Positions 53,135 to 59,559 of a stretch of DNA of 59,559 nt are shown in pieces; within the stretch, counting starts at the first letter, position 1; each line of letters starts with the position of its first letter. The stretch is from positions 9,249,062 through 9,308,620 of the forward strand of contig NC_068983.1 of assembly GCF_001194135.2 (NCBI RefSeq), written 5' to 3'. The stretch is from Octopus bimaculoides. Lineage: Eukaryota. The notes under the pieces are model-generated. The model was not told the DNA's origin. It made no database searches and saw nothing but the letters and a program-made list of their open reading frames with translations. The position numbers and the translations under genes are program-made.

Positions 53135-54340
53135 CAGTGGTCCGGGAACGAAATTTGCTTAGGAGGTGCAAACGCAGGTCCAATTTTTTTTTAAAAAACA
53201 ACACCGATTTTTTCAGTTTAGATATTAAAATAAAAACACAATTATGATAATATTTTTTAGTATTATACATGGAAAAGTAATACTTCAAATCACTCCAAAT
53301 ATTTTTCTATACTCGCTCGGACACTTACCTCCATGGACAATAATCCCCACCCCAAGGACAATTATCCCTGAAGGGGTAATAAACCAAGTGGGGTACTTGT
53401 CCCAGGGGATAGTTGTCGGGGGGAATTTTCTTATGGGTGATAATTGTCCTCGGTGATGTAATTGTCCTCATACGTTCCAAAGTGCTTTCATTGCATAAGT
53501 TTTTATGTACATGCATTACAGCAAAGTGTGTCAGACAATGTAGCATCATTTTGGTACGGAGTCAAGTCTTCAAACATCAAAGTGTGCTGAACATTCTCTC
53601 GCTTGGTGCAACAGACACAGGCTCGCAACATGATGACATTTTCATTACAAAGACTGGTCCATAGCGCTTTCAGGAGAACGCAGATTTGGGGACAAAATGT
53701 GTCAATGATCATGGCAATCATAGATCCAACTTCTTCGAGGACAAGTTCCAGAGATTTGTTTCCACAATGTACAAAATATGTACAAAATATGTAGCAGGAA
53801 ACATGTATTTTAATCTTTTTTGTATGCCTGAAATGTTTCCGGTCATGCTACATGTGCCACCAAAGGCAAAAGCACTATAATTTTGACGATTTTGTAATTG
53901 TACATTATTTAAAGGAAGTCTTTCAACAGACGTAACTGGTTTAGTGACCTTTTTCAAAAGACAATATCGGGTAGTTCTGGATACATTTGTTTCGCCAATG
54001 CGCTTGAAAAGTTCTCCAATTGTAAGACTTGGTTTCTTTACAGCTTCACGCTAAATCCTTGAACTTTGAGAACCAACTTTCGACTGAGCCTTGTCGACCC
54101 TTTTACATATCTTCGCAGGAGCTGTAACACTTTTTTTCACAGTTTGGTGATATTTTCCATATATTTTAGATATCTATAATGTTGATTTACCTTTTGCAAG
54201 TTTAGAAGTAATAACAGATTTCTCTGAAGCAGTTAAGACACATTTACGACCCATAATTACACGATTATCAAACCACTCGTTAATAATTTGGAAAGCTGAA
54301 AGTTCATGGAAATCAGGCAAATGGCTGCGCTTTCTTTACA
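53135..54340 (-). mobile_element. Tc1-family transposon relic, catalytic core replaced by an insertion
   Basis: One TA-CAGTGGTCCGGG end at 53133-53146; N-terminus MGRKCVLTASEKSVITSKL...VSRTTRYCLL; C-terminal IENIWSDLK (with a 1-nt insertion) near 53283-53310. Confidence 0.75.
53315..53880 (-). mobile_element. Possible MULE-like fragment with fold-back subterminal repeats
   Basis: GGACAAT(A/T)ATCCC-type repeats inverted against GGGTGATAATTGTCC at 53335-53470; weak TYFVH...NLWN similarity. Confidence 0.4.
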
Positions 54341-54629
54341 ATTGCGCAAAACCTCACGTTTTTTACGCAACCCGCGTTTATAACCGTTGCTATCATTCTG
54401 TGGAAATTTCGTTGAATTACAACGAGTCAAAGAAAATAAACAAATGTTATGTCATTAATGATTCGAAAGACAGTGCATACACACGCGCACATACACACAC
54501 ACACACACATACACACACATACACACACACACACACACGCACACACACACACACACACTAAAGACGAAGACAGGTGTGTGAACAAAAAGCAAGTGTATTA
54601 GTTTGACGCTCGGAAAAGACGAAAAAGTA

Positions 54630-54663
54630 TTTTGCGTTTCGAGCCTACGCTCATCAACAGAAA
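54630..54663 (-). ncRNA. Degenerate hammerhead-like motif (probably inactive)
   Basis: Minus: TTT CTGTTGA T GAGC-GTAG-GCTC GAA ACGC A AAA; A6U and U16.1C changes. Confidence 0.4.
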
Positions 54664-55419
54664 CGAATAAGAGGAAATAAACAGAGAGAGAATAAAAATA
54701 CAACGTGTAGAGTTCAGCGGTCCAGCATGACGAATGATTTGGGGAAAAGAGGGTGAAAGAAAAGCGGTTGAATGAAAGGGAGGTAGTAATAGTGTCTCAA
54801 CAAATGAAGGTGCGCGTGCGTATGTGTATGTGAGAATGGTGTGTGTGAGTAAGTGTGTATGTGTGAATAGGGGCGAGTGACTGACGCGTGAGAGTGTATA
54901 TGTGTGTGTGTATGTATATGTGCGTGAGTGTGCGTGTACAACGTGTGTGTTGTGTGTAGCAGTTGATGTATGTTCTTCACGTGGTGTGTGTACATGAGAG
55001 TGTGTCTTTGACCAAAGCGTTTGCATGTATATGATATATGTGTATGGGCGAAAGTTATCTTTGTCTATGTATGTTGCGTGTGTAATTGCGTGTTGCTAGT
55101 ATATATATATATATATTGTCTGTGTTCAGGTATTATGTGCTTGTGTGGGGGTGGGAGTGTGCAAGATTGTTTGTGTTGTGTGTATTGAGTTAAATGGTGT
55201 ATGTGGTATGTGGGTGTGTGGATGATGATGTGTGGGTGTGTGGATGATGGTGTGTGGTGTAGGTCCTGAGGAGTGGTCGGTGCTGGTTTGTGTGGAGTGG
55301 TGTGGTGTGATGTGGTGAGGGATTGGTGTCAAATGAGGAGAGCAGTTGAGGTTGGTGTCAGATGAAAAGAGGAGCTGAGTTGAGGCCATGTGGCGCAAAG
55401 AGCGAAGAGTGAAGATTAA

Positions 55420-55684
55420 TTCCTATTCACGGTGAAAGCGGGAATCCGGGTGGCCACTGTGCAAGGATTAATCCGAACAGAGATAGGCGTTGTAGCGAAT
55501 GAGAGTGAGAATGACAAGGATGTTGCGCCGATAGTGAAAGCGAGGTTGCGCCGCAAACAAGAAGCAGGTGAGGGAGACAACAAGTTCGGCCAGACAAAGA
55601 AGTGCGGAGTTGTCAGGCCGAAGGTCTAGAAAGTGCTTGAGCTCAAGCAGTCCTTCGTCGTGTGGGAACACCGTATTTAAACTT

Positions 55685-55760
<76 letters not shown>

Positions 55761-56338
55761 CAGACAGATATACAAAGGGCTTCATTTCTGTGTACCGAAT
55801 CCACTGTCAAGTCTTTAATCGATCTCAGGCTATAGTAGAAGAAAATCGCCCAAGGTGTCACGACGTGGGACTGAACCCGGAACCATGCAGTCATGGTGGA
55901 GCATCACTTCAATTCCTTTTCTCTCAGTTCTGTCGTCACTTTATAACTGGAAGTTGTTCTGTGTTTGAGTTGATAGCATCTGATCTTCCTTAATCGCGTC
56001 CTTGAATGTCTGACTAGTCCGGTATTGTTGTTAGCTTAGGCAATGTTGCGTTTTTGTTTTGTTTAGTTTAATGTTACAGTAGAGCTCCCTTTTAGATTTC
56101 CAAATACTTTCGGCAGGTAGTAGAACAGTTGAGGACATCTTAATATTAGACTGGTACAACAAAGTGATTTTTCTTGTGACTTCGAAGGTGGTATGTCAGG
56201 TGGTATATCGCACACAATGTTGGAGTGAGAGAGGAGGACATTTGTTGCCATTTCTTGGATGAAGCTCGTTATTTTTCCTTGTTTCCATATTCTGTAGTCA
56301 GTTCTGAGTAGCACAAATCCCGGGGTCAGAATGTTCAC
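55420..56338 (-). mobile_element. Penelope-like RT fragments, interrupted by (GATA)n (55686-55760) and a family A SINE fragment (55777-55892)
   Basis: FPHDEGLLELKHFLDLRP...LLCLAELVVSLTCFLF (ORF 55468-55671) matches Penelope IPH.EGL.AL..FL...LAELVL.LN.F.F; PQLFYYLPKV (ORF 56063-56338) matches P..FY.LPKIHK. Confidence 0.75.
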
Positions 56339-56377
56339 TTATTTTTCACATATTGCCTTTTGTAGCTGTACAAAATC

Positions 56378-56383
56378 TCTCTC

Positions 56384-56459
<76 letters not shown>

Positions 56460-56460
56460 C
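56378..56460. repeat. (CT)n microsatellite
   Basis: Visible directly. Confidence 0.95.
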
Positions 56461-57134
56461 GCAAGGTCTCTCACATGTGATACTTATGTTCGATTTGTGA
56501 AGTGTGAGAGACCTTGTACATTCGGCATTATTATTTAGTTTGAGTTTGTGTGTTAACGACAGCAATGGTGTGGTTGTGCATTGAGGTAATAGCAGTGGTT
56601 GTTGTTGTTTGATAGCTAGTTTTTTTTATATTTCTTTTGCCAGATCCATAATGTATAAGTTAGAATTTTTCTTGTTTTGACAGGGGGTGTTGTCTAGAGT
56701 TGGCATGGTTGCATTGTTTTAATATGGTTATAGTTATATAGTTTGCGGCTGTGATTTTACGGTTGTACCCAGTAGATACCTTAGTGACTCCTGGGTTTCG
56801 ATGAGAGTCTGGACCAACATTGCCCCTGTAAGGAATGTTTCTACTGTAGATTTGGCGGTAGTTTAAAATCATACTTTTACTAGGGTATCGTGTGACTGTA
56901 AGATGAGTGAAGGGAAAGTCACATATCAGACATAATCTTTCATGTTAAGAGTAACAACAGATTTTAGGAAACCAGGTTACATGTGTGGAAGTTACTAAGT
57001 GTGATTTAGCGTTTAGTAGTAGTGGCGGTATTGTAAGACGTGTGGTCTGGCGTTGGCTTATATTGCTTGTACGAATTGTTCATTTTGTCCCAGTTAAATG
57101 GATGAAGCTATAGTCGCTGTGTATGAAAGATAGG

Positions 57135-57300
57135 CTAACCGGAATTATAGCAGCCGAAGGATACATCGGCCAGCAAATTTTCAACTGTGATGAGATAAGA
57201 CAGTTTTGGAAGAAGATGCGAAAGAGGACTTATATAACGACAGATGAGAAGAGGATGCCAGGTCAGAAACCCATGAAAGATAGGCTAACACTCTCACATT
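57135..57300 (+). mobile_element. Tigger/pogo transposase fragment
   Basis: GYIGQQIFNCDEIRQFWKKMRKRTYITTDEKRMPGQKPMKDRLTL matches the Tigger FNCDETGLFWKKMP.RTYIT.EEK..PGHKPMKDRLTL pattern. Confidence 0.88.
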
Positions 57301-58357
57301 AAGAATAGCGACATATTTTGAGGTTTTGTGTGTTCATAATATTACTTATTTACAGTTGGCAGATTTATCATGGAGCTATCAGGTATACATTCATAATGAA
57401 GTGAACATGCGTGGNNNNNNNNNNNNNNNNNNNNNNNNNNNNNNNNNNNNNNNNNNNNNNNNNNNNNNNNNNNNNNNNNNNNNNNNNNNNNNNNNNNNNN
57501 NNNNNNNNNNNNNNTACATACATACATACATACATACATACATACATACATACATACAGAGCTAGCTTAATAGAGAAGTATGTATAAATATACGTGTGTG
57601 AATATGTGTATGTGTTTGTGTGTATGTTTAATATGTAGTACTCCCACCCTATCGAAAAAAGGTCAAAGTTGTTATACGTTCGGTCGGACAAAATTTCTGA
57701 CAGTATTTGTTCTGGTTGTTCTTTGTAAATTTTGCCGAAATCAACTGTTCCTTTTATCACTTCGGAGGTGGTAAAGATATCACCAGTGCGCAACGCTGGA
57801 ATCGTAAGACGCTTGGTCGAAATACTGTTCGCTAGCAGGAACAGCACCTTGAGATCTGATTTGATTTCAGAGCCCATCATTCTAATACCGCCCTGTGACA
57901 AAAACATGGTGTAAATTTTGTACTATTTCTTTACTTTTCACTATCTTTGGCAATAAACCAGCTGGCAGGTGAGGACAATAAACTCTAAACAAACAAATGC
58001 GAGAGTAATATATAAATATGTCAATTTGGCATGCTGAAATATTACAACTGAAATGGATGATTTGCGCCATACACTGCAAAACGTTCTTAATGTTCGTAAC
58101 ATTTACGTCCATTCTAGTAAGCGCATTTTATGAATTTTCCCATAATGGTTTCACGTTTAAGAAAGTACTTAAATTGTTAAAATGTGTGGTAGTTTTAGAT
58201 TTCTTATAAAGTGAAGTCTTTTTCAATGTTTAAACCAACAATTGTTCGAAATTGTAACTTCGTTAGCAAGATTAAGTCAATTTTTTTTCCTTTCTTTTGA
58301 GTTAGATACATCTTAATAAATTCTAGTCTCACATTGTTAAATTGGTTTTAAATTTTG

Positions 58358-58485
58358 GCACAAGGCCTGAAAGTTTTGTGGGAGAGGGATAAGTCGACCC
58401 CAGTGTTCAACTGATACTAATTTTATCGACCTTGAAATGATGATACGCATATTCGATCTCGGTGGAATTTGAACTCTGAACGTAT
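58358..58485 (-). mobile_element. SINE family B, partial
   Basis: GGCACAAGGCCTGAAAG...AATTTTATCGACC...GGAATTTGAACTCTGAACG. Confidence 0.8.
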
Positions 58486-59254
58486 CTGATAGGGCAAGAA
58501 CAATTTTGAGTGGAAATCACAGAAGACTGAATATTTCAGTTTCTTTTGGAGAGAAAGATAATCCATCGTGTAAACGGCAATAGAATGTAGAACTATTAAA
58601 AATAAAATTGTATACAGAACTAAGCTCAAAATATTTGTCTTATCTCTAACAGATGTACCATGAAGACTGTAAAACAAAAATGCATCAAAAGCAAGTTTCC
58701 CTTTCTCTAGAATATGTAACAGTGACTCGGTTAGTTTCAGAAAGTTTCCCAGAATAATTAATTAAGATATAGATATAAGATTTGTACTAATGTTAGAAAA
58801 TGTTTTTATGGCTGTCTCAGAGATCCTCTGAGATTTCAGATTAGGTACAATAAATCGACTATGGAGCATTGAGGAGAGGGAATAATAGTATGATGAGGTA
58901 ATAAGTTGTGATTAATTAATGAATTAGGAGTATCTAAATCTTATAGAGTGAGGATTATATTTCCAGTTCCAAATTTTTTTCTGGAGCAAAAAAAAAAAAG
59001 AAGAAAAAGAAAACGCTTTATTTTGTTCAATAAAACTGTGAATCAGCTTATACTATAAAAGTATCTGAAAGTTATTCATTAAAAAATCTCTCTGGAAATT
59101 ATGTAGTGACCAAGCTCGATTTTATAACTGAATCGTATAGGGAATATTTGAGCAAGAATTAAGAATGAGCGTGCTGGAAGAAAATTTTAAAATATCACTT
59201 GATTTGGGAACTTGCGAAAGAAGAATGGGAAAATATTAGTTTCAAATTTTTACT

Positions 59255-59435
59255 CAGAGAAATGGTAAGTCGACTTCATCGACTCCATCACGCAACTGGT
59301 ACTTAATTTATCGTCCCGAAAATATGAAAGGCAAAGTCGACTTCGTTGGAATTTGAACTTAGAAGTAAAGAGAGCAGAAATGCCGGTAAGCATTTCGCCC
59401 GCAGTGATAACGATTCTACCAGCTCACCGCCTAAG
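59255..59435 (-). mobile_element. SINE family B
   Basis: AACTGGTACTTAATTTATCG...AAAGGCAAAGTCGAC...CTACCAGCTCACCGCCT. Confidence 0.85.
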
Positions 59436-59559
59436 AAAGGAAAAGTTATAACATTTCTTTGTGTAATATCTGATAACTTTTTCGAAATGTTACGCTAAAT
59501 CAAAAGAAATCTAAGGAAAATAGTCTTATAATTTTCATATATATATATATATATATATA

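Noticed and set aside
1808-54663. All four hammerhead-like motifs are on the minus strand (selection against sense ribozymes in a plus-strand transcript?)
   Set aside because: Four of four has two-sided probability 0.125, two are neighbours, and host transcription direction is unknown
56462-56516. 14-bp inverted repeat CAAGGTCTCTCACA / TGTGAGAGACCTTG
   Set aside because: Stem too short for a pre-miRNA, interior pairs poorly, and it is partly derived from the adjacent (CT)n
36-57551. Many listed ORFs with poly-HT, YI, CV, SL, L, N, I or X runs
   Set aside because: They are translations of microsatellites or run through N gaps; no coding evidence
57357-57770. Plus-strand micro-exon LADLSWSYQ joined to YLFWLFFVNFAE, resembling a CNG channel S1 segment
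   Set aside because: Similarity is limited to a few hydrophobic residues and the conserved DP motif is absent; no gene symbol is justified

Overview
Eukaryotic, AT-rich, repeat-dense window with 8 N-gaps (1425-1553, 9520-9757, 10410-10586, 26697-27204, 30905-31239, 38142-39102, 51561-51571, 57415-57514). The SINE families and microsatellite load look like an Octopus genome (inference from recognised repeat types, not a database search). I recognise no intact host protein-coding gene, rRNA, functional tRNA or CRISPR; most listed ORFs are microsatellite or gap artefacts. The window contains three tRNA-headed SINE families in many copies, decayed R4/Dong-type (RLE) LINEs, Penelope-like retroelement relics, Helitron fragments, several Tc1/mariner/pogo elements and MITEs, and a DD82E (Sailor-type) transposase relic. 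The most interesting signal is a set of hammerhead ribozyme motifs, all on the minus strand. One is canonical (1808-1863) and closes a decayed Penelope endonuclease remnant. One is a minimal dimer-type motif inside a tRNA-headed SINE-like element (2507-2779). Two are variant or degenerate (28122-28152, 54630-54663). Also notable: a perfect 69-bp inverted repeat, a (TAA)n-anchored retroelement cluster, a 33-bp minisatellite apparently born from LINE RT sequence, and an in-frame Tc1/mariner chimeric ORF. All folding and translation was done by eye. Element boundaries are approximate unless TIRs or stems are quoted.
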